A stretch of DNA of 64,000 nt. Source: an uncultured Candidatus Saccharibacteria bacterium. Lineage in GTDB: Bacteria; Patescibacteriota; Minisyncoccia; Phycocordibacterales; UBA918. Made by a program: the position numbers and the translations under genes. Positions 27,450 through 36,706 of the stretch are shown here, piece after piece; the stretch's first letter is position 1, and each line of letters starts with the position of its first letter. Below the pieces are notes generated by a model that was given only the letters and a program-made list of their open reading frames with translations, was not told the origin of the DNA and did not search any database. The DNA lies in assembly GCA_964353135.1 (NCBI GenBank), contig CAYGTV010000002.1:67204-131203 (forward strand), written 5' to 3'.

Positions 27450-28691
27450 CTATTTTTTAATTAGTACGCACAACTGTTTCTTCCCTCTTCTAAGCAACGC
27501 CAGTCCAGCTGAAAAATGTTCTTCACCTAACTGTAAATCTGTATCTGTGACTTTCTCTTCCTGGAGGGTGATAGCATTACTTTCAATAAATGTTCGAGCT
27601 TCACGTTTACTGGTTGCCAGTTCAGCACAAACCAGCACATCAACCAAACTGTCACCCACTGTAACCTCTGCAGTTGGTGCTGAAGCGACTAGGACAGCTT
27701 TTGCTTGTGTAGAAATACCAACAACCGAACCACCTCCAAACAACAGTTCTGAGACCTCGAGAGCGGCTTGTGCTGCAGCCACACCGTGAACTAGCACCGT
27801 TACTTCAAACGCTAATTTCTTTTGCGCTGCACGCGCTCCTGGATTCATCTCGAAATCCTTTTCAATAGCTGTAATTTCTTCTAGTGGAAGGAAAGTAAAC
27901 AGTTTCAAATAATCAATTGAACTCTCGTCGCTGGCGTTGAGCCAGAACTGATAGAATTCATAGGGTGTAGTTTTCTCTGGATCAAGCCACACTGCATTTC
28001 CTTCACTTTTTCCGAACTTCTTTCCGGTGGCTTTATCAACCACTAGCGGTAGGGTCAATGCATACACAGTGTGCTGATCCTTTCGTCGAACTAAATCAAC
28101 CCCAGCGATAATGTTGCCCCACTGATCAGAACCACCAATCTGTACATCACATCCAAATTGTCGGTGCAACTCTAAATAGTCATATCCTTGAATCAAAGGA
28201 TACGCAAACTCTGTATAAGATAAACCAATCTCACTCGTAAGCCGTTTTGCAATCGCTTCTTTTTTCATTAATTCATTCACCGTGAAATGTTTTCCTATAT
28301 CTCGCAAGAAATCGAGTAGCTTGATATTTTTAAACCAATCGTAGTTATTTACAATCTGAAGGTCATCGACTCCGATTAAATGTTTTGCTTGCACCTGCAA
28401 TTTTTCAACCCGTCGGGTTATTTCTTCTTCAGGCAAGAGAGGACGCTCTACATCTGGCTTTGGATCACCAATTCGTCCAGTTGCTCCACCAGCCAACATG
28501 ATCACCTTGTGTCCAGCGATCGCTAAATGCCGCATCAACATATACCCCACAAAGTTCCCAGCATGAATTGATTCAGCAGTTGGATCTACGCCAAAATAAA
28601 TCGTTCGTTTTGGTCCGTCGAGAATTTCCTCTATATCCGCCGAGGTTTGATGGATAAATCCTCGCTCCGTGAGTTCTTGGTGCAATTTCAT
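27450..28691 (-). CDS. tyrS: Tyrosine--tRNA ligase
   Basis: Class I HIGH-like AESIHAGN, KMSKS-like KFGKSEGN, C-terminal S4-like domain. Confidence 0.9.
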   Translation of the reverse strand: MKLHQELTERGFIHQTSADIEEILDGPKRTIYFGVDPTAESIHAGNFVGYMLMRHLAIAGHKVIMLAGGATGRIGDPKPDVERPLLPEEEITRRVEKLQVQAKHLIGVDDLQIVNNYDWFKNIKLLDFLRDIGKHFTVNELMKKEAIAKRLTSEIGLSYTEFAYPLIQGYDYLELHRQFGCDVQIGGSDQWGNIIAGVDLVRRKDQHTVYALTLPLVVDKATGKKFGKSEGNAVWLDPEKTTPYEFYQFWLNASDESSIDYLKLFTFLPLEEITAIEKDFEMNPGARAAQKKLAFEVTVLVHGVAAAQAALEVSELLFGGGSVVGISTQAKAVLVASAPTAEVTVGDSLVDVLVCAELATSKREARTFIESNAITLQEEKVTDTDLQLGEEHFSAGLALLRRGKKQLCVLIKK

Positions 28692-28770
28692 AACGAAATA
28701 ATGCTAGCACACATTCGTATAAAGGTGTCTAGACAACACATGCTACTATTGCTATATATAGTCTCATTAT

Positions 28771-31038
28771 ATGAAAAAAACACAGGAGTGGTTTAAAAAA
28801 AACTGGAAAGAGGTCATCATTGACGGCCTTATTTTGTTTTTTGCTGGTTTTATTATTGTGTCAGCCGGAATCCTGATCTGGATCTCGAGTCTGCAAATTC
28901 CTGACCTCTCTGCATTTGATGAACGTCGAGTCCTACAGTCAACTAAAATCTACGACCGAACCGGTGAAGTACTACTCTATGACCTACATGAGGACGTAAA
29001 GCGAACCATAGTCCCTCTCGAAGATATGTCGCGCCACATAAAAAATGCGACAGTCGCAATTGAAGATGATCAGTTCTACAACCACTTTGGGATCGACGTG
29101 AGAGCAATCATCCGCGCTGCTGTAAGTAACTTTCAAGATGGTGACTTATTAGGTGGCCAAGGTGGATCAACAATCACCCAGCAGGTGATCAAAAACTCTG
29201 TTTTAGAGCGTGATAAAAAACTGAGTCGAAAAGTAAAAGAAGCGATTCTTTCAATTAAACTTGAACGAGAACTTACTAAAGAAGAAATCCTAGAGGTGTA
29301 TCTAAATGAATCACCATACGGTGGAACTATTTATGGAGTAGAGGAAGCCTCCCAGAGCTTTTTTGGAAAGAAGGCTGCAGACCTAACCCTCCCTGAGGCA
29401 GCCTACCTTGCTGCCCTACCTCAGGCTCCTAGTTACCTCTCACCATTTGGTAACAACAAAGACGCTCTAGATCGACGACAACAACTTGTGCTTGATCGGA
29501 TGCGTATCAACGGATTTATTACAGTCGAAGAATATGAAGCAGCAAAAGACGTTGAAGTAACATTTAGCACTGGTGCTATTACTGGTATCAAAGCTCCTCA
29601 CTTTGTCATGACAATTATCGAAGAACTGACCGAGCAGTTTGGAGAAGAAGCAATGGCTGAACAAGGGCTTCGAATCATCACCACTCTTGATTACGAACTA
29701 CAGGCAGCTGCAGAAGAAATCGTACAGCGTAAAGCACTGGAAAACGCTGATAAATTTAAAGCCTCAAACGCAGGATTGGTCGCAACTGATCCCCAAACTG
29801 GAGACGTTCTAGTTATGGTTGGGTCTCGTAACTATTTTGACGAGGAAATTGATGGTCAGTTCAATATTGCTCTGGCGAGTCGCCAGCCAGGTTCGTCAAT
29901 TAAACCGTTTGTGTACGCTAACGCGTGGCGAAAAGGTTATCTACCAGCCACCATCTTGTTTGATGTACCAACCCAATTCTCACCGGCTTGTGAAGCGTGG
30001 GATACAACGTCTGATTCACCATGTTATGCACCAAGAAACTACAACAACAAATTTGTGGGGCCAATCAGTATGCGAAATGCACTCGCACAATCACTAAACA
30101 TCCCGGCCGTTAAAACCCTGTATCTCGCCGGCCTAACTGACACTCTTAAATTTGTAAACGATATGGGACTCACAACTCTCAATGACCCAGACCGATATGG
30201 GCTGACATTGGTTCTTGGTGGCGGTGAAGTACGACTCAAAGACATGACTCACGCGTATGGAATCTTTGCCAACGGTGGTATTCGAGCTGTACCAAGAAGT
30301 ATCCTTCGAATCGAAGACACAAACGGCAATATTATCGAAGAACGAGATGTCGTTGAGCAGCGGGTACTAGAAGAGAACATTGCCAACATGGTAAGTGACG
30401 TACTGTCAGACAATGTAGCCCGTGCACCACTATGGGGTTCATTTTCACTAGTAAACTTTGGTGACCGTGATGTAGCTATCAAATCTGGTAGTACTAACAA
30501 CCTCCGTGATGCTTGGATTATGGGCTATGCCCCCAATATGGCAGTTGGGGCCTGGGTTGGTAACAACGACAACGCTCCTATGGGCGGGGGTCTTTCAGGA
30601 CTGATTACTACTCCAATGTGGCGAGAATTTATGGATATAGCACTTGAAAAAGTTGAGGTGCAGACGTTTACCCAGCCACAAATCAATACCGCAGGTGTAA
30701 AACCAGTCATCCGTGGTCAATACATCAACACCGAACTACTCTTGCAAGCCTTACAGGAAACGGAAGGAGGAGCATCAATTGATGTGGGGCAAGTGTACGG
30801 AAACATTCACTCAATTCTGCATTTCGTAAACAAAAATGACCCAACTGGACCAGCTCCACTCAACCCAGCTAGTGACCCAGCGTATGTTAACTGGGAATAC
30901 GGGGTGCAGAACTGGAACAAAGAAACCTTTGGTTCACTCTTCCCTAGTGAAGAACCAACAGTAGAAGAGCAACCAGCAGAAGACGTACCGACAGAAGAAG
31001 AACCGAGCAACAACCGTCGCTCATCCCGTAATCGCTAA
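28771..31038 (+). CDS. Class A penicillin-binding protein (PBP1A; glycosyltransferase GT51 plus transpeptidase)
   Basis: N-terminal TM; GT51 motif EDDQFYNHFG; transpeptidase SSIKPF (SxxK), KSGSTNN (KTG-like). Confidence 0.85.
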   Translation: MKKTQEWFKKNWKEVIIDGLILFFAGFIIVSAGILIWISSLQIPDLSAFDERRVLQSTKIYDRTGEVLLYDLHEDVKRTIVPLEDMSRHIKNATVAIEDDQFYNHFGIDVRAIIRAAVSNFQDGDLLGGQGGSTITQQVIKNSVLERDKKLSRKVKEAILSIKLERELTKEEILEVYLNESPYGGTIYGVEEASQSFFGKKAADLTLPEAAYLAALPQAPSYLSPFGNNKDALDRRQQLVLDRMRINGFITVEEYEAAKDVEVTFSTGAITGIKAPHFVMTIIEELTEQFGEEAMAEQGLRIITTLDYELQAAAEEIVQRKALENADKFKASNAGLVATDPQTGDVLVMVGSRNYFDEEIDGQFNIALASRQPGSSIKPFVYANAWRKGYLPATILFDVPTQFSPACEAWDTTSDSPCYAPRNYNNKFVGPISMRNALAQSLNIPAVKTLYLAGLTDTLKFVNDMGLTTLNDPDRYGLTLVLGGGEVRLKDMTHAYGIFANGGIRAVPRSILRIEDTNGNIIEERDVVEQRVLEENIANMVSDVLSDNVARAPLWGSFSLVNFGDRDVAIKSGSTNNLRDAWIMGYAPNMAVGAWVGNNDNAPMGGGLSGLITTPMWREFMDIALEKVEVQTFTQPQINTAGVKPVIRGQYINTELLLQALQETEGGASIDVGQVYGNIHSILHFVNKNDPTGPAPLNPASDPAYVNWEYGVQNWNKETFGSLFPSEEPTVEEQPAEDVPTEEEPSNNRRSSRNR

Positions 31039-31310
31039 AGGATTACTTTCGGAGCATTCTTTATACCCATCTCACCCTCTAAACGGCTAAGTATGGCCGT
31101 TTTATGGTGTTGCAGTTCTGACTTTAAAACACTGGGTACCTTGAGGGCAATCGTTTTATTTCCGACGCTATAAGAAACTTGTTCTTTGGTTATTTCAAAA
31201 GGAGTAATCTCGCACACGATTTCAGCCACTCTTTTTTCAACCGAAGCCTGTGGTGGAACCAGGATTTTTTGGTACCGAGCAAATAATGAACCTAGGTGTT
31301 TCATTTCCAT
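31035..31310 (-). CDS. DUF721/DciA-like small protein downstream of dnaN
   Basis: 91 aa; conserved position; C-terminal TIALKVPSVLKSELQHHKTAILSRLEGEMG resembles DUF721. Confidence 0.5.
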   Translation of the reverse strand: MEMKHLGSLFARYQKILVPPQASVEKRVAEIVCEITPFEITKEQVSYSVGNKTIALKVPSVLKSELQHHKTAILSRLEGEMGIKNAPKVIL

Positions 31311-31322
31311 ACACCAGGGGAA

Positions 31323-32417
31323 TTATTTGTTCATCGGCATGACGAGATATCGCTGATTGGTGTCATTTACCCCATGCAAGATCATCGGCCTACCAATCCC
31401 AGCAAAACTTAGTTTGAGTGAGTCCCCTGAAATATGTGACAACGGATCCATAATAAACTGCTGATTAAAATTAAGAGAAAGCTCCTCCCCTTCTACAGTC
31501 GCCTTAATTGTGTCAGTTGTGTGTCCGACCTCATTATTTTGGGAAGACACCGTCAGGTTATTGTCGCTAATAACCAGTGTCACCTGCCTAAATTTATTCA
31601 AGAAAATATTGGTCTTTTTAAATGACTGCTGTAGGTCACTCTTGAGAAGAGTGACGTAGGTGACGTACTCTTTAGGGATAATTTGCTCATAATCTGGAAA
31701 TGAACCTGTCACCAACCTGGTAGAAACATACACCCCACCAGGAAACCGTAAAGCACACTGATTGTCATCCATACCAAAAAGCGGATCCTCACCAACAGCA
31801 TCACATATCCGAGCCAGCTCCAGAGCATTTTTCTGTGGCACCATAAATGACTCTGTAAGAGTAAGTCCTTTTTGAGAAACAGTCTTCTCCATCAATCGAA
31901 ACGAATCAGTTGCAACAAATGTTAATGAGTGTTCTTTCTTTTGTTGGATAAACACACTACCTAGTTCAGGTTTGATAGACGTCTGAGAAGCCGCAAACGC
32001 CACGCTCTTGATCCCAAACGCAAATTGGGCACCCTGCAGGGTGTTACCCAAATCTGTGAGCTGCTGAACCACGGGGAACTCTTCCGGGGAGAATAGTTTA
32101 ATTGAAGTGTTAGAGGTTTTGCTTTCAATTTGTAGAACCTGTTCTTCCATCCGGAGAGTGATTTTCTCCTGAGAGATAAACTGAATACTTTGTAGAAAGA
32201 TTTGTGTTGGTACAGCCACCACACCAGTTTCAACAACTTCTCCTGATAGAGGAATTTCAAGATTAATCTCTAGGTTAGTTGCTTGGAGTGTAATCTGACT
32301 TTCTCGCGCCTCAATCCGAACACACTGCAGCACAGGCAAAGTGACATGTTTGGTGCTAATGCGCCCAACTAGCTCTAGAGCTTTTTGTAGTTCACTGTGG
32401 AGAAGGGTTATTTCCAT
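31323..32417 (-). CDS. dnaN: DNA polymerase III beta sliding clamp
   Basis: About 365 aa with a three-domain clamp pattern; immediately downstream of dnaA. Confidence 0.85.
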   Translation of the reverse strand: MEITLLHSELQKALELVGRISTKHVTLPVLQCVRIEARESQITLQATNLEINLEIPLSGEVVETGVVAVPTQIFLQSIQFISQEKITLRMEEQVLQIESKTSNTSIKLFSPEEFPVVQQLTDLGNTLQGAQFAFGIKSVAFAASQTSIKPELGSVFIQQKKEHSLTFVATDSFRLMEKTVSQKGLTLTESFMVPQKNALELARICDAVGEDPLFGMDDNQCALRFPGGVYVSTRLVTGSFPDYEQIIPKEYVTYVTLLKSDLQQSFKKTNIFLNKFRQVTLVISDNNLTVSSQNNEVGHTTDTIKATVEGEELSLNFNQQFIMDPLSHISGDSLKLSFAGIGRPMILHGVNDTNQRYLVMPMNK

Positions 32418-32736
32418 ATTTTTATATTAACTTATTTTACTCTTTATTATTAGTGCTGTGGAGATGTGCAAAAGTCTCATCCGGTGTTGTAATAAAGGCT
32501 GTAATCATGTGGGTAAATTGCGTAGAGCTGTGGGTGGTCCGACAAATGACGGGGAGTACCTGTGTATTACTTTTTGGAAAAATTATAACCTGTTGGTAAG
32601 TCGGGTTATTTGTAGGGGTATTCCCCAGTAATCCCCGATTGTTCTAGGTAGTAATCCTCAGGTTACTCATGGCTGTATACAGGGTTACTCACATTGACTT
32701 GTTTAAAATAATCGCCCTAACGTTAGGGCGATTATT
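32418..32736. promoter_or_regulatory. dnaA-dnaN intergenic region with degenerate DnaA-box-like TGTGG(A/G) motifs and the dnaA terminator hairpin (32706-32738)
   Basis: TGTGGAGAT, TGTGGGTAA, TGTGGGTGG read from the sequence; hairpin ATCGCCCTAACGTTAGGGCGAT. Confidence 0.35.
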
Positions 32737-34122
32737 TTATTTCAAGAGTAGCCGCACCTGAGTAATTTCTTCTTCCAGCTCGGTGTCCCCTTTTAATTCA
32801 TTTTTTATCTTCTCACAGGAATGGATGACAGTTGTATGGTCTCGGCCTCCCAATTTCTTGCCAATGGCTGGGTATGAAATTTGGAAGTCTTCACGCAAAA
32901 TATACATAATGATCTGGCGTGGTTTTACAACTTCTTTACGTCGAGTCTTTTCGTAGATGCTGGCGTGGTCAATATCGTAGTAGCGAGCTACTTTCTCCAC
33001 TACGTCTGTGATGGCGAGAGTTTTGCGTGGTCGCGAGCTGTTTTTAATGATGGTTCGGACCTCTTCGATAGAAAGCACCCTCCCTAGCAGCTGTGACTGG
33101 CACATGATGCTGTTGAGAGCACCCTCTAGCTCTCGCACGTTCCCCTCAATCGTAGCTGCCAGGTGGTCGACTACGTCATCTGCTAGGGTGATGCTGTTTT
33201 GGGCAGCTTTTGCTCGCAAAATAGCCGCTCGTGATTCGATATCTGGGGCTGGTAGGTCAACAATCATTCCTTGGGCAAACCGTGATTGTAGTCGCTCTTC
33301 CATCCCGTTTAAGAGGGCTGGGTGAATGTCACTTGAGAACACAATTTGTTTGTTGTTGTCGTGTAGAGCATTAAACAAGTGAAAGAGTTCCTCCTGAGTT
33401 TTTTCTTTGGTGGCTAGGAACTGCACGTCGTCCATAATTAAAACGTCGTACTGGCGGTAGCGGTCTTTGAAATTATTAGCGCTTCCACTTTGGAGTGAGT
33501 TAAAGTAATCAACCGCAAACCGCTCTGAGGTTACGTAAAATACTTTCTTGCCAGTTTTTTTGATATGGTTTCCTACCGCTTGGATCAAGTGAGTCTTACC
33601 ATGACCAGTTTTTCCGTAGATAAATAATGGGTTGTAGGTAATTCCGGGTTTTTCACTGACAGTTTTGGCAGCTGCGTGTGCTAAAGCATTATAGGGCCCA
33701 ACCACAAACGTATCAAATGAGTATTTTGGGTTGAGGTTATCACTCTTGTTGATGTAGTACTCCTCTAGCGGTAGGGCAGCGTTAACTGTTTGGTTTTTGT
33801 TTGATTCCTGCTTTCGTTCATTTCGCTGCGCTACGATATATTCCACACTTCGTACGTGAGGCGTGATTTCACGTAGGGTTTTGAGGATCATCGTTTGGAA
33901 TTTGTCCTGCAGCCAGTCTTTAACAAATACACTTGGTACACCAATAGTAGCCAGGCCGTCTTCGAGGGTGACGATATGCGTGTCTCGGAACCAGGTTTTA
34001 AAGTTGGCGGTTGTGATTGCCAATTCAATTTTTACCAATGCATCATCCCACAACTGTTTTACATCAACCTGTTCAGTTTTGACGATGCTATTTGTTTGGT
34101 GTGAAGAGGTGATTGGATTCAT
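32737..34122 (-). CDS. dnaA: Chromosomal replication initiator DnaA
   Basis: AAA+ GKTGHGKTHLIQAVGN; C-terminal DnaA-box-binding HTH domain. Confidence 0.9.
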   Translation of the reverse strand: MNPITSSHQTNSIVKTEQVDVKQLWDDALVKIELAITTANFKTWFRDTHIVTLEDGLATIGVPSVFVKDWLQDKFQTMILKTLREITPHVRSVEYIVAQRNERKQESNKNQTVNAALPLEEYYINKSDNLNPKYSFDTFVVGPYNALAHAAAKTVSEKPGITYNPLFIYGKTGHGKTHLIQAVGNHIKKTGKKVFYVTSERFAVDYFNSLQSGSANNFKDRYRQYDVLIMDDVQFLATKEKTQEELFHLFNALHDNNKQIVFSSDIHPALLNGMEERLQSRFAQGMIVDLPAPDIESRAAILRAKAAQNSITLADDVVDHLAATIEGNVRELEGALNSIMCQSQLLGRVLSIEEVRTIIKNSSRPRKTLAITDVVEKVARYYDIDHASIYEKTRRKEVVKPRQIIMYILREDFQISYPAIGKKLGGRDHTTVIHSCEKIKNELKGDTELEEEITQVRLLLK

Positions 34123-34424
34123 ACAGAAATACGTTCGTAGTTTGCATTATACGCTCTCTATTACTCCTGTAAATATTTTTGTTTTTTGTAATAGATTCCC
34201 AGAACAAATTCATCTTATAAATTCGCAACTGGGGATAGCTTGTGGATAGCGATGGAACAACTGTAAAGGCTGGAATCTTTGCGGTTTTGGGCGTCTAGCA
34301 ACATCAGTGGATGCATAATTTTCAACTCCACATAAAATTCTCCCTACCAACTATTTTATTGCAACTACATTTCCTTGCAAAGTGCGAAATTTTCGGTATA
34401 GTTACGGCCACTAAACACACATGT
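34123..34424. promoter_or_regulatory. Candidate oriC / dnaA promoter region: DnaA box TGTGGATAG, an AT-rich tract, divergent rpmH promoter
   Basis: TTGTGGATAGCG at about 34241; AT-rich stretch about 34165-34200; classic rpmH / dnaA arrangement. Confidence 0.4.
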
Positions 34425-34574
34425 ATGCCAAAACGAACGTATCAACCAAAAAAGCGAAAGCGAGCAACTACTCACGGCTTCCTGGCTCGCTCAGCGACAC
34501 CAAGTGGTCGTAAGATCATCCAAGCCCGACGCCGAAAAGGCCGAGCACAACTGACTGTCAAAAAGGCACGTTAG
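34425..34574 (+). CDS. rpmH: 50S ribosomal protein L34
   Basis: [45 protein letters not shown] matches the L34 family; internal ATG within the longer predicted ORF. Confidence 0.85.
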   Translation: MPKRTYQPKKRKRATTHGFLARSATPSGRKIIQARRRKGRAQLTVKKAR

Positions 34575-34579
34575 CGAAC

Positions 34580-34614
34580 AAAACCCCGAGGACAGACCTC
34601 GGGGTTTTTGTTTT
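34580..34614 (+). terminator. Terminator/attenuator AAAACCCCGAGG-loop-CCTCGGGGTTTT after rpmH
   Basis: 12-bp GC-rich stem plus T-run. Confidence 0.6.
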
Positions 34615-34625
34615 AAATGCCTCCT

Positions 34626-34664
34626 TATCTGTGTATCATATATGATACACAGATAGAGTTTTTT
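34626..34664 (+). promoter_or_regulatory. 30-bp perfect palindrome TATCTGTGTATCATA|TATGATACACAGATA followed by a T-run; second hairpin between rpmH and rnpA
   Basis: Read directly from the sequence; ends 22 nt before the rnpA start. Confidence 0.5.
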
Positions 34665-34685
34665 AATTTTGTATAATAGTCACAC

Positions 34686-35018
34686 ATGTTAGCTAAAAAT
34701 CAGCGTCTCTCTAAAAAACAGTTCGATGAGTATTTTAAAACTGGAAAACGGTTTCATTTTACCCATTGCGCTATCATCTATACTCCCCTTCCAACCCTGC
34801 ACGGCTCAGTGGTGGTCGGAAAAAAAGTGTCCAAAAAAGCGGTAACACGAAATGCAATCCGGCGTCGAGTGTATGCTCAAATCCGTAACGTGTGTAACAT
34901 GCATGATGCAACGGGGGTGTTTATTATTATCATCAAACCAGCATACACACAGCTATCTCGCAAAGCTGCCCTGGCTGACCTCAACGCCCACATTGCAGAC
35001 GTGATTAAAAAAACGTAA
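34686..35018 (+). CDS. rnpA: Ribonuclease P protein component
   Basis: 110-aa basic protein directly after rpmH; RNase P protein family pattern. Confidence 0.8.
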   Translation: MLAKNQRLSKKQFDEYFKTGKRFHFTHCAIIYTPLPTLHGSVVVGKKVSKKAVTRNAIRRRVYAQIRNVCNMHDATGVFIIIIKPAYTQLSRKAALADLNAHIADVIKKT

Positions 35019-35032
35019 ACTGAGCAGCAATT

Positions 35033-35761
35033 ATGTTTAATTATATTTGGCACACGTTCTTCTTTGACCCAGTGTACAACTCATTAGTTTTTTTTATTGA
35101 TGTTATTCCTGGGGGGGATGTTGGTCTAGCGATTATTGCAACCGTATTTCTAGTAAAAACCATCCTCTTCCCGATCTCAATAAAAGCTGCTCAGACTCAG
35201 CGGATCATGAAAGAAATTGAGCCGCAATTAAAAGAGCTCAAAGAAACCCACAAAGACGACCGTGAAGCTCAAGCCAAAGCCATGATGGAGATCTACCGCG
35301 ATGCGGGGATGAATCCGTTTGCTAGTATCATCCTGATTTTTATCCAAATTCCAGTGGTGATTGCGTTGTATTTTTCTGTCTATAAGGGTGGCGGTATTCC
35401 TCTGCCAGCGATCAACACAGACATTTTATATAGCTTTGTAGCCGAGCCGATCACTATTTCGATGAATTTTCTAGGGATGATCGATATCACACAGCGGAGT
35501 GTGTTACTCGCCATTGCTGCCGCTGTGACACAGTTTTTTGTAGTCAGTGTCACGATGCCAAAACTCCCTCCAAAAGTAGAGGGAGCCGAGCCAAGCATGA
35601 AAGACGATTTTATGCGCAACATGCAGGTACAAATGAAGTACGTCATGCCGATTTTAATCGGAGTAGTGGCCTACACTATTTCAGCTGCAATTGCTCTCTA
35701 CTTCCTTGTGAGCAACATCGTTGCCCTAATTCAAGAAGTGTTTGTTAGGAAGCATCGGTAG
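35033..35761 (+). CDS. yidC: Membrane protein insertase YidC (short, Gram-positive type)
   Basis: 5-TM core; conserved position after rnpA. Confidence 0.8.
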   Translation: MFNYIWHTFFFDPVYNSLVFFIDVIPGGDVGLAIIATVFLVKTILFPISIKAAQTQRIMKEIEPQLKELKETHKDDREAQAKAMMEIYRDAGMNPFASIILIFIQIPVVIALYFSVYKGGGIPLPAINTDILYSFVAEPITISMNFLGMIDITQRSVLLAIAAAVTQFFVVSVTMPKLPPKVEGAEPSMKDDFMRNMQVQMKYVMPILIGVVAYTISAAIALYFLVSNIVALIQEVFVRKHR

Positions 35762-35767
35762 GAAATA

Positions 35768-36700
35768 CTAAGAATTTACAAAACAAGTTACTTGATTTGG
35801 TCCAAAAGCGGTAGTGGTAACATAATTAGCGTTAGCCAGGCAGTTCTCTGTAATTTGTTCACATGTATCTGTTCCGGCTAGGTCGCAGGGAAGTGTTATA
35901 GGTGTTGTTCCAAACCTTGGGTCGTTAGGATCGGCAATAATTTCATCTAATGTCACATACCCAGTTTCGTCAAAATCTGCTGGATAGGTACAAACGTCGC
36001 TCATCCATAAATTTCTTTCCTCTAAAACTCCACCTCGAGAGCCACAAGACACTAAACAATCGCTTCCAGAAAATCCACCTATCCAAGATCCTCGGCTACA
36101 CGTGACCCTTAGACACCCAGCGTCGCTAGCACATATTTCTTCTGCTGCAGTTGGAGCAGGAACACAAACTAAGATCTCAGCTGCAGTTTCATTATTTGTT
36201 TCAGACCTAATAGTTCTACCTTCTTCAGCCCTACAGCCTTGAATAAAAACGGCTACGGCGTCTACGTCATTAGCAGGTATCGTTTGATTATCTGCAACTC
36301 GTGCCAGTATAATATTACCTTGTGCATCTCTTTGTGCCTCAGGTGTTGCAACCTGTGAAATATCCGGATTAAAACTAGTCAACTCAGGATTAATAACAGT
36401 CAAGATAAGAACCGCAGACATAACGATTAGCAAACCAAACAAAGCTCCTTGTATATCTTTTTTAGCCTCCCCCTTTTGGGTGACAATGTCAGTAAACATG
36501 TATTTGAGTCCTGCAATGATGATTTTAACTACCGCTAGTAGTGCAGCAATACTAATGAACATCACGTAGACTGCTTGAATATAAGCGTCAAAACTACCGC
36601 TAGCACCCTGCTCCACTCCAGGAATACCAACTAGAAAATTTTGGGCATAGGTAGTTGCTGGTAGTGTAACCAGTACTACGAGAAGAAAGAAAAATTTCAT
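35768..36700 (-). CDS. Secreted/membrane protein with a VirB2/TrbC pilin-like N-terminus (signal peptide plus two hydrophobic helices) fused to a Cys-rich C-terminal domain
   Basis: MKFFFLLVVLVTLPATTYA signal; helices YIQAVYVMFISIAALLAVVKIIIAGL and ALFGLLIVMSAVLILTVI; 18 Cys in the C-terminal 180 aa. Confidence 0.4.
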   Translation of the reverse strand: MKFFFLLVVLVTLPATTYAQNFLVGIPGVEQGASGSFDAYIQAVYVMFISIAALLAVVKIIIAGLKYMFTDIVTQKGEAKKDIQGALFGLLIVMSAVLILTVINPELTSFNPDISQVATPEAQRDAQGNIILARVADNQTIPANDVDAVAVFIQGCRAEEGRTIRSETNNETAAEILVCVPAPTAAEEICASDAGCLRVTCSRGSWIGGFSGSDCLVSCGSRGGVLEERNLWMSDVCTYPADFDETGYVTLDEIIADPNDPRFGTTPITLPCDLAGTDTCEQITENCLANANYVTTTAFGPNQVTCFVNS

Positions 36701-36706
36701 ACTAAT

